Assembly (NCBI GenBank): GCA_964012055.1
Contig: CAXGRO010000001.1
Span: 1 to 38,867, forward strand
Length of the DNA stretch: 38,867 bases
Reading direction: 5' to 3'
DNA from: an uncultured bacterium
Lineage (GTDB): Bacteria > Latescibacterota > UBA2968 > UBA8231
Shown here: positions 9,364 to 20,528 of the stretch, piece after piece
Layout of the letters: the number at the start of each line of letters is the position of its first letter
Position numbering within the stretch: position 1 is the first letter of the stretch
Translations under genes and position numbers: made by a program
Notes under the pieces: model-generated
Seen by the model: only the letters and a program-made list of their open reading frames with translations
Told to the model about the DNA's origin: nothing
The model's database searches: none

Positions 9364-9552
9364 CTATAAGCGGCTGCGGCCGCGGCGCTTTACTCGCTCC
9401 ATATCGTATTCTTCTATGCCGCGGTCGATAAACTGGCGCACAACCTCGGCCTGGGAAAGTCCCGTATCCCCGGCAATCTTTTGTAAAACCTCTAGCTGGT
9501 CTTCAAAAACCTGGAAAGTCATCGCCTTTTTATGGCGTTTTACCCGGAGCAT
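9364..9552 (-). CDS. ribbon-helix-helix (CopG/Arc-like) DNA-binding protein, no partner gene
   Basis: MTFQVFEDQLEVLQKIAGDTGLSQAEVVRQFIDRGIEEY fits the beta-strand/helix/helix RHH pattern. The real start may be the internal ATG at 9522. Confidence 0.55.
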   Translation of the reverse strand: MLRVKRHKKAMTFQVFEDQLEVLQKIAGDTGLSQAEVVRQFIDRGIEEYDMERVKRRGRSRL

Positions 9553-9902
9553 GGAGCCGTCTTTCCGCCGTTAAAACGACTTATTTAAGTGTTTGAAATA
9601 AATAAATTTAAATATTATAATACAAGTATTATTAAAAATATAAATAATTGTTATTTCACTTTTATTAAAATATAGTATTTTCCGAGTCCTGCAACCTTAC
9701 CCTTTTGGTCTAACTTTGCGGGAATAACTCAATTCCATACAGAAGTGAGGTGCGCGATCTATATACTCATAGGCTTCTGTACGCAGGGCAGTCGCTGATA
9801 ATATGGGAGCTATTTCAACCAGGTTGTGGTGACTCTTTCATGGCTTTGCACCTGTTGGACGCTGTCGGACTATATGCGCCTTTCCAGCCGACCGGTCCTA
9901 AC

Positions 9903-10367
9903 TCACTCATAAGCCCAAAGCTGGGCATTCTCCAGGTGAAACCTCAGGCGCAAATGGTCGCCGGTGGGTTTGATCGCTGTTTCTTCTCTTCAGCGAATCG
10001 GAACGGCAATACACGGCGGTTGAAACCTTGGTAGCGCCACCCCTGCTTAAGTCATGCCTCGATCTTGGTGCGGATGGTAGACGGCTCTTGAGGGTATCGG
10101 CGCCGGGCCAGGTGGGGTTTTGCGGTCCAAGGTCCAGTGCATACCATCACTGGAATGGGCGGTGTAATACCCCCGCTGCTAGTCTGGGCTCAGTCGTGAG
10201 TCCGCCGCTTTTTTGCCATAACCAGCTGCCCGGTAGCGCTGGTTGGACGGAATGTGGGGGTCAATAAAAACTAAAGGGCAGTGCAGGCCCAAGTCGGTCA
10301 GATGGGTGGGATCGGGGCCACATTCGACCAGGCCCAACGACGGTTTGTGCCAGTGCAACCCGTCCTC
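9903..10367 (-). pseudogene. remnant of a beta-propeller glycosidase/BNR-like gene with internal stop codons
   Basis: A single minus-strand frame reads EDGLHWHKPSLGLVECG...LVFIDPHIPSNQRYRAAG..(TAG 10179-10181)..YTAHSSDGMHWTLDRK..(TAA 10047-10049)..(TGA 9990-9992)..GDHLRLRFHLENAQLWAYE. The S-x-DG-x-HW propeller motifs and the LRLRF...LW C-terminus are typical of uncharacterised glycoside-hydrolase-like proteins. The N-terminus is missing and the remnant is far too short. Confidence 0.45.
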
Positions 10368-10380
10368 CTACTCGGCATAG

Positions 10381-12942
10381 TCACTCCTCGACTTCCTGCG
10401 ACTCCGCCCCATCGCCGTTGACGCCATCGGTTGAAGGCTCGTTCCCATTGCTCCCGGAGGCCGCCTCGGGTGCATCGCCTCCCTCTGCGTCTTCCTCCGC
10501 CGCTTCAAATCCCTCTTCCTCCTGCACAACCCGGGTCATGTCGATGACGCGGTCGCCATCGTCCAGATTTATTACTCGCACTCCCTGCGTATTGCGGCCG
10601 ATCTGCGAAATGGTCTTCACGGGCATGCGAATCATAATTCCATTGGCCGTCACAATCATCACCTCGTCTTCGTCTTCGACAATTTTGCTGGCCACTACGC
10701 CGCCGTTGCGCTTGGTAGTTTTGATGTCGATCACGCCCTTGCCGCCGCGGCGTATGGTGGGATAAACCCCCACTTCCGTGCGTTTGCCGTAGCCGTTCTC
10801 GCTCAGGGTCAGCAAAGAGGCCTGGTCTTGCATCACCACCATGCCCACCACTTCGTCGCCCTCGCGCAGGTCAATGCCCTTGACGCCGGTGGAAACCCGG
10901 CCCATTGTCCGCACGTCGGCCTCGCTAAAACGCACCGCCATGCCATTTCGAGTCGTTAACGAGATATCCTGATTGCCGTCGGTGACTTCGGCCCCAATCA
11001 AATCGTCGCCCTCCTGAATTTTTAGGGCAATAATGCCGTCGCGGCGGATATTTTGGTAGGCCGAAAGCACGGTTTTCTTAACTATGCCCTGGCGCGTGGC
11101 GGTAAACAGGTATTTGTCTTCGGAGAATTCCTGCACGGGCACCACGGCGGTAATTTTTTCGTCCTCATCTAGTTGCAGCAAATTGACTACGGGGCGGCCG
11201 CGGGCGACGCGTTCGCCTTCTGGAATTCTGTAGACTTTGAGCCAGTGGCATATGCCCTTGGACGTCAAAAACATGAGGTAGGCATGGGTCGAGGCGACGA
11301 AGAGCTGTTCGACAAAGTCCTCGTCCTTGGTTTTCATGCCGGTCACCCCGCGCCCACCCCTGTTTTGCACCCGATAGGCCCGCGGCGACATACGCTTGAT
11401 ATAACCGGAGTGCGATATGGTCACCACCATGTCCTCTTCGGCGATGAGGTCCTCCATATCGAACTCTTCGGCGGCGTAGACGATTTCGGTGCGGCGCTCG
11501 TCGCCAAAACGATCCTTAATTTCGGCAATCTCGTCCTTGATGATCTGCATGCGGCGCTCGCGGCTGCCCAAGATATCGCGCAAATCTTCAATAGTTTTGA
11601 CCAATTCGTTGTATTCATTATCGATTTTTTCGCGCTCCAGGCCGGTCAGCCGCTGCAGCGGCATGGTCAAAATGGCCTGGCTCTGTGCCTCGCTCAACTC
11701 AAACTGGCCCATCAGCCGCTCGCGCGCCTCCTCGGGGCTAGCCGAAGAGCGAATGGTCTGGATGACTTCGTCGATGTGGTCCAGAGCAATGCGCAAACCC
11801 TCGAGGATGTGCGCCCGGGCTTCGGCCTTTTCTAGCTCAAAGCGGGCGCGCCGGTCGACCACGCCGTGGCGATGGTCGAGATAGTGTTGCAGCATCTGCT
11901 TGAGGTTGAGAATCTGCGGCCGGCGATCGACCACCGCCAATACCATGGCGCCATACGTCGTCTGCAACATGCTGCGCGAATAGAGCTGGTTGAGCACCAC
12001 CTCGGCCTGCGCATTCTTTTTGAGTTCGACGACGATGCGCAGCCCCCCCCGACCCGATTCGTCGCGAATATTGGAAATACCGTCAATGGTCTTGTCGCGC
12101 ACCAAATCGGCGATTTTTTCGAGCAGGATGGACTTGTCGACCAGAAAGGGGATTTCGGTAACAATGATGTTTTCGCGGCCGTTCTTCTGTGTTTCCACAT
12201 GGGTGCGGGCGCGCACATAGATCATGCCCCGTCCCGTGTGATAGGCCTGGCGCACCCCACTCATGCCGTAAATCACGCCACCGGTAGGAAAGTCGGGCGC
12301 CTTGATGTGTTCCATCAATTCGTCGATGGTGATTTCGGGATTGTCGATCAACGCCGCCAGCGCGTCGACCACCTCGGACACATTGTGGGGCGGAATTTTA
12401 GTGGCGTACGCCACCGAAATGCCCACCGAGCCGTTGCACAATAAGTTGGGGAAGCGCGACGGCAAAACCTGCGGTTCTGTGCGGGTTTCGTCGTAGTTGC
12501 CGACGTAGTCGACGGTGTCTTTGTCCAGATCCGCCAGCATTTCCGTAGCCGCCCAGCTCATGCGCGCCTCCGTATAGCGCATGGCCGCCGGCGGGTACCC
12601 GTCAATCGACCCAAAATTGCCCTGCCCGTCCACCAGCGGATAGCGCAGGCGAAAATCTTGCCCCATGTGCACCAGCGTCGGATAGACGATCGCCTCGCCA
12701 TGCGGGTGGTAATTGCCCGACGTATCCCCCGAAATCTTGGCGCACTTGCGAAACCCCCTATTGGGCGCCAGCGACAAATCGTTCATCGACACCAAAATGC
12801 GCCGCTGCGACGGCTTGAGCCCATCCCGCACATCGGGCAACGCCCGCGCCAGCGTAAAACTCATCGAATAGTCGAGAAACGACGTCTTCAACTCATCTTC
12901 AATCTTCACCGGAACAATATTCTGCTCTCTCTGTTCTAGCAT
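10381..12942 (-). CDS. gyrA: DNA gyrase subunit A
   Basis: 853 aa with DGLKPSQRRIL, the active-site region AAMRYTEARM, C-terminal beta-pinwheel repeats and an acidic tail. Confidence 0.97.
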   Translation of the reverse strand: MLEQREQNIVPVKIEDELKTSFLDYSMSFTLARALPDVRDGLKPSQRRILVSMNDLSLAPNRGFRKCAKISGDTSGNYHPHGEAIVYPTLVHMGQDFRLRYPLVDGQGNFGSIDGYPPAAMRYTEARMSWAATEMLADLDKDTVDYVGNYDETRTEPQVLPSRFPNLLCNGSVGISVAYATKIPPHNVSEVVDALAALIDNPEITIDELMEHIKAPDFPTGGVIYGMSGVRQAYHTGRGMIYVRARTHVETQKNGRENIIVTEIPFLVDKSILLEKIADLVRDKTIDGISNIRDESGRGGLRIVVELKKNAQAEVVLNQLYSRSMLQTTYGAMVLAVVDRRPQILNLKQMLQHYLDHRHGVVDRRARFELEKAEARAHILEGLRIALDHIDEVIQTIRSSASPEEARERLMGQFELSEAQSQAILTMPLQRLTGLEREKIDNEYNELVKTIEDLRDILGSRERRMQIIKDEIAEIKDRFGDERRTEIVYAAEEFDMEDLIAEEDMVVTISHSGYIKRMSPRAYRVQNRGGRGVTGMKTKDEDFVEQLFVASTHAYLMFLTSKGICHWLKVYRIPEGERVARGRPVVNLLQLDEDEKITAVVPVQEFSEDKYLFTATRQGIVKKTVLSAYQNIRRDGIIALKIQEGDDLIGAEVTDGNQDISLTTRNGMAVRFSEADVRTMGRVSTGVKGIDLREGDEVVGMVVMQDQASLLTLSENGYGKRTEVGVYPTIRRGGKGVIDIKTTKRNGGVVASKIVEDEDEVMIVTANGIMIRMPVKTISQIGRNTQGVRVINLDDGDRVIDMTRVVQEEEGFEAAEEDAEGGDAPEAASGSNGNEPSTDGVNGDGAESQEVEE

Positions 12943-12996
12943 ATTAACCCTGTCTATTTTTGTCTAGTTTTTTTCGCAGTCTTCAGATCAGCGGAA

Positions 12997-13120
12997 TTCC
13001 TCGGGGGAGCGGAGGGACTCCTGTGAAGCCGCAGGAAGCGGCGCAAGGGGTAATGCCTCGGAGCAGGCCATGGATGGGCTGCGAGAATGAGCGAAGGAGT
13101 CCCTCCGCTCCTCCGAGGAA
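12997..13120. repeat. 124-nt GC-rich inverted repeat (26-nt arms, 72-nt spacer) in the gyrB-gyrA spacer
   Basis: ttcctcgggggagcggagggactcct (12997-13022) is complementary to aggagtccctccgctcctccgaggaa (13095-13120) at 25 of 26 positions. Confidence 0.8.
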
Positions 13121-13128
13121 AGTACGTC

Positions 13129-15487
<2,359 letters not shown>

Positions 15488-16498
15488 CTACCAATCCTAG
15501 CAATTCGCGCCCCCGAACTTCATCTAGTTCGGAGAGAACATCGTCTAGAAGCAAAACGGGCTGTTTTTCACTCAGTCTTTCCAAAAAGCGCACTTCCGCC
15601 ATTTTCCAGGCGATCATTATGGTTTTTAGCTGTCCTTCAGAGGCATAAGTTTCTGCCGATCTGCCGTTGGACAGAAAGACCAGATCGTCTCTTTGTGGTC
15701 CGCTAAGGGTAAATCCCTGTTGCCATTCCCTTTCTCGTTTTTCCGCCAATTCTTGCAATATTTCTTCTCTTAAATTTTCTTCGCCATCGGCGCGCGGACC
15801 TTTGTAAGTGATTGTTGCTTCTTCGCCTTGCGGCGCAAACCGACTGTAGTGGGCAGTAAACAACCGCTGCATTTCGGCCAGCGTATTTAGTCGTTGGGCG
15901 CGCACTTTTGCTCCCAGCAGGGCCAGTTGACCATCCCATGCTTTTAAGGCGTTTTCGTCCGGTCTTTTCGCTTCTTTCTTGCTGCTGCGCAGGAGGTGAT
16001 TTCTCTGTGTTAAAACCCGCTGATACTGCTGCAACTCGCGCAAATAGGCAGTGCTGGACTGGGAGATGAGAATGTCGAGTAAACGGCGGCGCTGAGCGGG
16101 GAAACGCAGCACCAAAGACACGTCTTCGGGGGAAAAATGAACGGTCTTGAATGTGCCGAGCACATCGGAAACTCGGGGTAGGGGGGTCTCGTCACAGAAT
16201 GCCTTTTTGCCGTCTTGGTGCGAGTAGAATATCCGCAATTGGCATGGGCGTCTGCCGTCGTGACATTGCGCCCTTATATCAAAGTATTGTCCTCCGTGCG
16301 GTACGGCTTCTAGGTCCTTGCTGCCGCGCACGGATTTGCCAATGGAAAGGTAGGAGATGGCTTCCAGAATATTGCTTTTGCCTCGTCCGTTTCTTCCCAC
16401 GATCAATACGCGGTTACCTTCGCAAGCTATCCGAATATCGGCGAAATTGCGAAAGGGTTGCAGCGTAATTTCACGGATCCTCACCCGGCCCGCTTACC

Positions 16499-17677
16499 TC
16501 AGCCGCTTGGACGCAGCGGCATTAATAGACAGAAGTAATCTTCCCCTTCTGCTTGTTCTTCTGGGCGCAGCAGGGCGGCAGTGACGGAATCACTGAGGTC
16601 AAAAACCACCTCGTCGGATGCGTCCATTTTTCTCAAAATTTCCATCAGGTAATTGGCGTTGTAACCAACCTCCATCTCTTCTTCTTGGTAGACGGCGGGA
16701 ATGGTTTCTCGCGCTTCGCCCCCAACTTCTTGGCTAGTGGCCGATAATTCTATGCTATTAGAGCTCAACTTCATGCGCACTTGGTGCGTGTAGGAACTGG
16801 AAAGAATTGAAACGCGCCTCACCGCTGGAAGAAAGTGTTCGTTGGCTATTTTTAGTTTCTTTTCATTTTGTTGCGGAATGACCTGCTGGTAGTCCACATA
16901 GGGACCTTCTATCAAACGGGAAAGAAGGTGGGTATCGCCCATATCAAAGAGCACCTGACTTTCGCCTATGGTCACTTTAACTAGCTCGTGTTGGCTGCCC
17001 AGCAGTTTGACCAGATGTCCCAATGTCTGCGGGGGTACGATCAATTCTGAAGGTGTTTCACCGTTAATCTGCTCGGCCAGATCAAATTGTCTGCTGCAGC
17101 GGGCCAAACGGGAACCGTCTGTTGCCACCATAACCATACCCCGGCCGTCTATATGCCATAAAACGCCGTTTAACACAGGTCGTGTCTCATCGCGAGATAC
17201 TGCAAAGGCCGTCTTATTGATCATATCGCCTACGGCTTGGGAATCTAATCCCTCTGTTTGGGGCAGGTCGATAGCCAATCCGTTAAGCGTGCCGGACATG
17301 CTGGGAAAGTCGTCTGCTGGCATACCCGAGAGAGTGTAGGCTCCTTCTCCGTCTTCTGCTGCCCCCAATTTTCCCGACAACTGCAGTCGTTCGCCTTCCA
17401 CATCAATAGTCAATTCCGCTTCGGGCCATTCGCGGGCTATGCCTGCAAAGGTGCGAGCGGGCACGGTGATACTGCCCGGGCGATCTATGGAAGCTGGAAT
17501 GCTAGTGCGAATAGATAAATCCAAATCAGTTGCGGCAATGGACAACCGATCACTCTGCGCTTCGAGTAATAGATTGGATAAAACGGGAAGGGGTGGTCTG
17601 GAGGGCACGACATCGAGAACGGTGCCGATCCCTCTCCACAATTCGTTGCGGTCTGCCGTAAGCTTCATAGGGGCCAA
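16499..17677 (-). CDS. dnaN: DNA polymerase III beta sliding clamp
   Basis: 392 aa, three-domain clamp, C-terminal LLMPLR motif. The start is either TTG at 17677 or ATG at 17668 (MKLTADRNEL). Confidence 0.93.
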   Translation of the reverse strand: MAPMKLTADRNELWRGIGTVLDVVPSRPPLPVLSNLLLEAQSDRLSIAATDLDLSIRTSIPASIDRPGSITVPARTFAGIAREWPEAELTIDVEGERLQLSGKLGAAEDGEGAYTLSGMPADDFPSMSGTLNGLAIDLPQTEGLDSQAVGDMINKTAFAVSRDETRPVLNGVLWHIDGRGMVMVATDGSRLARCSRQFDLAEQINGETPSELIVPPQTLGHLVKLLGSQHELVKVTIGESQVLFDMGDTHLLSRLIEGPYVDYQQVIPQQNEKKLKIANEHFLPAVRRVSILSSSYTHQVRMKLSSNSIELSATSQEVGGEARETIPAVYQEEEMEVGYNANYLMEILRKMDASDEVVFDLSDSVTAALLRPEEQAEGEDYFCLLMPLRPSG

Positions 17678-17699
17678 GTACTCGTGCTGTGTCTGATAG

Positions 17700-18426
17700 A
17701 ATATGGTTATTTGGATGATTCTATATAGAATATATCTATATAAGACCTATGTCAAGCTTTTGGGTTCAAAATTCTGAGATATAATCACATCTGATTTTAT
17801 TTAAATAACATATTGTTAATAGATAATTTATTAAGATATAACGCCCTCTGTATTGATGGTCTGTTCTATCCGTTCTTGCCGATTCTAATCGGCGAACCAA
17901 CATATACAAATGTATAGGTGTGTAATATTTAGGAATTAATGTGTGGGTCGTTGTTGTTTGCTAATCCACACTAACTGTAATAACTAGTGTGATATGAATC
18001 ATTAATTGTTTTAAAAGGAGTTCTAGTTTGGTGTGTAGATATGTGGATAACTAATAAATAAACTTTGATTGTAGCTTAGATAATCTATTAATTTAACAAG
18101 ACTATCTACTTATGCATATAGCTCGCAAAGTTTGCCAAATATGATGTGGATAGATATGTGGATAGAATATATTTTTCCCCTTTAATAAAGTTGTTATCTT
18201 GATTTTTACCAGATAACATATCAATCCACATCTTAGTATTGGTTCGATGTGGATAATTGTGTGGATTTAATTTTACTGCCATTTTGGCGTAGATCTCTGG
18301 TTGCTCTCATCGCTCTACTGCCGATTGCATTAAATCTACTTTCTCTGCAACAGTTTGCCTAGAGAGCTAACTAAGGAATCTTGTCTTTGTTTCTGAGATG
18401 TGTCTTTGGATTGTCCTGTGCGGCTT
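17700..18426. other. oriC: AT-rich region with a DnaA-box cluster between dnaN and dnaA
   Basis: Perfect TGTGGATAA at 18042-18050 and 18248-18256. One-mismatch boxes at 17962-17970, 18145-18153 and 18157-18165. Two-mismatch boxes at 18222-18230 and 18260-18268. A very AT-rich stretch spans 17700-17830. Confidence 0.8.
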
Positions 18427-19866
18427 CTACACAGGGGTTTGCTTCTGATGGATCGAATTTTTGAGGTTATCTACAAGCTGAGCAAAGGTGGGGTCTTCTT
18501 TGCACCTCTTATCTATCGTTTGGATTGCGTGTATCACTGTGCTGTGATCGCGATTTCCAAAGTGCAAACCGATTAACTTAAGTGGGTTATCTGTTAGTTG
18601 CTTTGCCAAGAACATGGCGATTTGACGCGGCATGGTAATTTCTTTTTTGCGCGTTTTGCTAATGAGAAGTTCCTGTGAGAGGTCAAAATGGTCGGCAATA
18701 TGCCGTTGAATAACTTCAATACTCAATTCTGTAGAATGCTTTGGAATACGCTCTTGTATGACTCTTCGGGCCACTTCTACGGTCAGCTCCGAATTGTTGA
18801 CCGAGCAATACGCCATCATATGAATAAGCGCCCCTTCTAATTCTCTTATATTTGAACTCACGTGGTTGCCCAGAAAAACGGCTACATCTTCTGGCAAGCG
18901 AATTCCACTAATTTCGGCTTTCTGATGCAGTATGGCGATGCGCGTTTCTAAATCGGGTGGGTCTATGCTGGTTAATAAACCCCATTGAAATCTAGATACC
19001 AGTCTTTCTTCCAAGCCGTCCAATTTGCCTGGTGGACTGTCACAGGTCATAACTATCTGTTTACCCGCTTGGTATAGAGCGTTAAAGGTATGGAAGAATT
19101 CGTTCTGGGTAGCTTCTGTTTTTGGCAGAAACTGTATATCGTCTACCAGCAAAATGTCGGCGCCGCGGTAAAGGCGCTGAAACTCTGCCTGTTTTCGCAT
19201 TTTAATGGCAATATGAATAAAATCGCTGATGAACTTTTCCGAAGGCACATAGGCCACCCTTTCTACTATCGAATGAGTTAGAGCGTATTGTCCTATGGCC
19301 TGCAATAAGTGTGTTTTACCCAACCCCACCCCACCGTATATAACCAATGGATTGAACTGTGTATTTCCTGGTGATTTAGCTACTGCTTGTGCAGCTGCGT
19401 GGGCAAAGCTATTTCCCTCACCTATAACAAATGTCTCGAACGTATATTTTTCATTAAGTGAGGTGAAGAGCTGCCGTGAGAGAGGATCTACCTCTTCTTC
19501 TGAGGTAACGTTTATCTTCTCTTCTTTGTGTGGTGGTAAAGAAACTGCGGCTTGTGCATTTTCGCCCGTTTCCTTCGTCGGCTCTAATTCGGACCTGTTA
19601 GGTGTCTCCAGTTTGTTTTCGGCTACTTCAAAACGAATTTCTGGGGCAAACCCCGTTTCTTCCTTTACAACCTTCTGAATTAATGTCAGGTAATTGCTTT
19701 CGACAAAGTCAGCCGACCACGCACTTTGAACCTCAATAACTACGTTTTCACTGTCGAACTGGCTTGCCCTTGTGGTGCGAAACCAAGTATCAAAACTGCG
19801 GGCTAAAACCCTGCCTTCTATGTTGAGAAGGCACTGCGCCCAAATTTCGTGGGATTCTAGTGTCAT
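18427..19866 (-). CDS. dnaA: chromosomal replication initiator protein DnaA
   Basis: 479 aa with Walker A GGVGLGKTHLL, Walker B ILLVDDIQF and the domain IV signature FGNRDHSTVIHA. Confidence 0.97.
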   Translation of the reverse strand: MTLESHEIWAQCLLNIEGRVLARSFDTWFRTTRASQFDSENVVIEVQSAWSADFVESNYLTLIQKVVKEETGFAPEIRFEVAENKLETPNRSELEPTKETGENAQAAVSLPPHKEEKINVTSEEEVDPLSRQLFTSLNEKYTFETFVIGEGNSFAHAAAQAVAKSPGNTQFNPLVIYGGVGLGKTHLLQAIGQYALTHSIVERVAYVPSEKFISDFIHIAIKMRKQAEFQRLYRGADILLVDDIQFLPKTEATQNEFFHTFNALYQAGKQIVMTCDSPPGKLDGLEERLVSRFQWGLLTSIDPPDLETRIAILHQKAEISGIRLPEDVAVFLGNHVSSNIRELEGALIHMMAYCSVNNSELTVEVARRVIQERIPKHSTELSIEVIQRHIADHFDLSQELLISKTRKKEITMPRQIAMFLAKQLTDNPLKLIGLHFGNRDHSTVIHAIQTIDKRCKEDPTFAQLVDNLKNSIHQKQTPV

Positions 19867-20063
19867 ATGTTGTGGAATAGTTTAGACTATGGGAAGGGTC
19901 TGGTAAGCTATTAAATGTAATTGGTCTCGTCAAGCCCCGTTTTCTCTCTTATAACGGCCTTTTTGAACTATAATACAAGGCTGTTTATTGACATATTGCT
20001 TTCCTCTAACTAACTTTAAAGGCTTACATATAGTTCCATTAGGCCTTTTCAGGATTAGTCTTT

Positions 20064-20198
20064 GTGAAACGCACTTTTCAGCCCAGCAATAGAAAACGAC
20101 GGAACAAACACGGTTTTCGCAAGCGTATGAGTACTCCAGGTGGCCGTGCCATAATCAACCGGCGTCGTCGCAAGGGGCGCAAACGGCTCGCCGTCTGA
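20064..20198 (+). CDS. rpmH: 50S ribosomal protein L34
   Basis: Not in the ORF track because it is short. A GTG start gives [44 protein letters not shown], 44 aa. Confidence 0.9.
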   Translation: MKRTFQPSNRKRRNKHGFRKRMSTPGGRAIINRRRRKGRKRLAV

Positions 20199-20229
20199 TT
20201 TCTTCCTTACTTATTTCTTCCCTGAAAAT

Positions 20230-20481
20230 ATGGATTGGGTCAGGGGACAGTGGTTATGGATCCGGCCGGGGCAGGAGCCGTCAGGCGCCATTTACGTCGT
20301 TCGCCGCAAATTGGGCACTGCAGTTAAGCGCAATCATCTCAAGCGTCGTTTGCGCTGTATCTACCGCCAAATCGCTCCCCTTCCTCACAGTTTGGTAGTT
20401 TTTCCTCAACCACCCGCCATTCATGCCTCCTTTCATCAACTTACCGAGGAATTGCTCGAACTGGTTACCAGGTTGAGATGA
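20230..20481 (+). CDS. rnpA: ribonuclease P protein component (short form)
   Basis: VVRRKLGTAVKRNHLKRRLRCIYRQ matches the RnpA RNR motif, and the gene directly follows rpmH. At 83 aa it is shorter than the usual ~115 aa. The frame stays open upstream, so a non-ATG start is possible. Confidence 0.75.
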   Translation: MDWVRGQWLWIRPGQEPSGAIYVVRRKLGTAVKRNHLKRRLRCIYRQIAPLPHSLVVFPQPPAIHASFHQLTEELLELVTRLR

Positions 20482-20528
20482 GCATATTTCTTTTTTTTCC
20501 TACTATTTAGGGATAGACAGGTCTTTCA

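Noticed and set aside
10179-10181. In-frame TAG codons in the glycosidase-like frame as possible recoding (pyrrolysine or stop reassignment)
   Set aside because: TAG is used as the genuine stop of mnmE, tmk and sdhB in this window. The same frame also contains TAA and TGA, so plain decay explains it.
9750-10267. Two plus-strand ORFs (94 and 79 aa)
   Set aside because: They have no motifs. The opposite strand carries recognisable, though decayed, glycosidase-like sequence, so these are chance ORFs in a pseudogene region.
11173-12444. Long plus-strand ORFs (220, 131, 192 aa and others) inside gyrA; similar ones lie inside gyrB (14482-15084)
   Set aside because: They are antisense shadow ORFs of GC-rich genes. 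Their composition is low-complexity and Ala/Arg/Gly/Val-rich, with no motifs, and they lie fully inside unambiguous gyrase genes.
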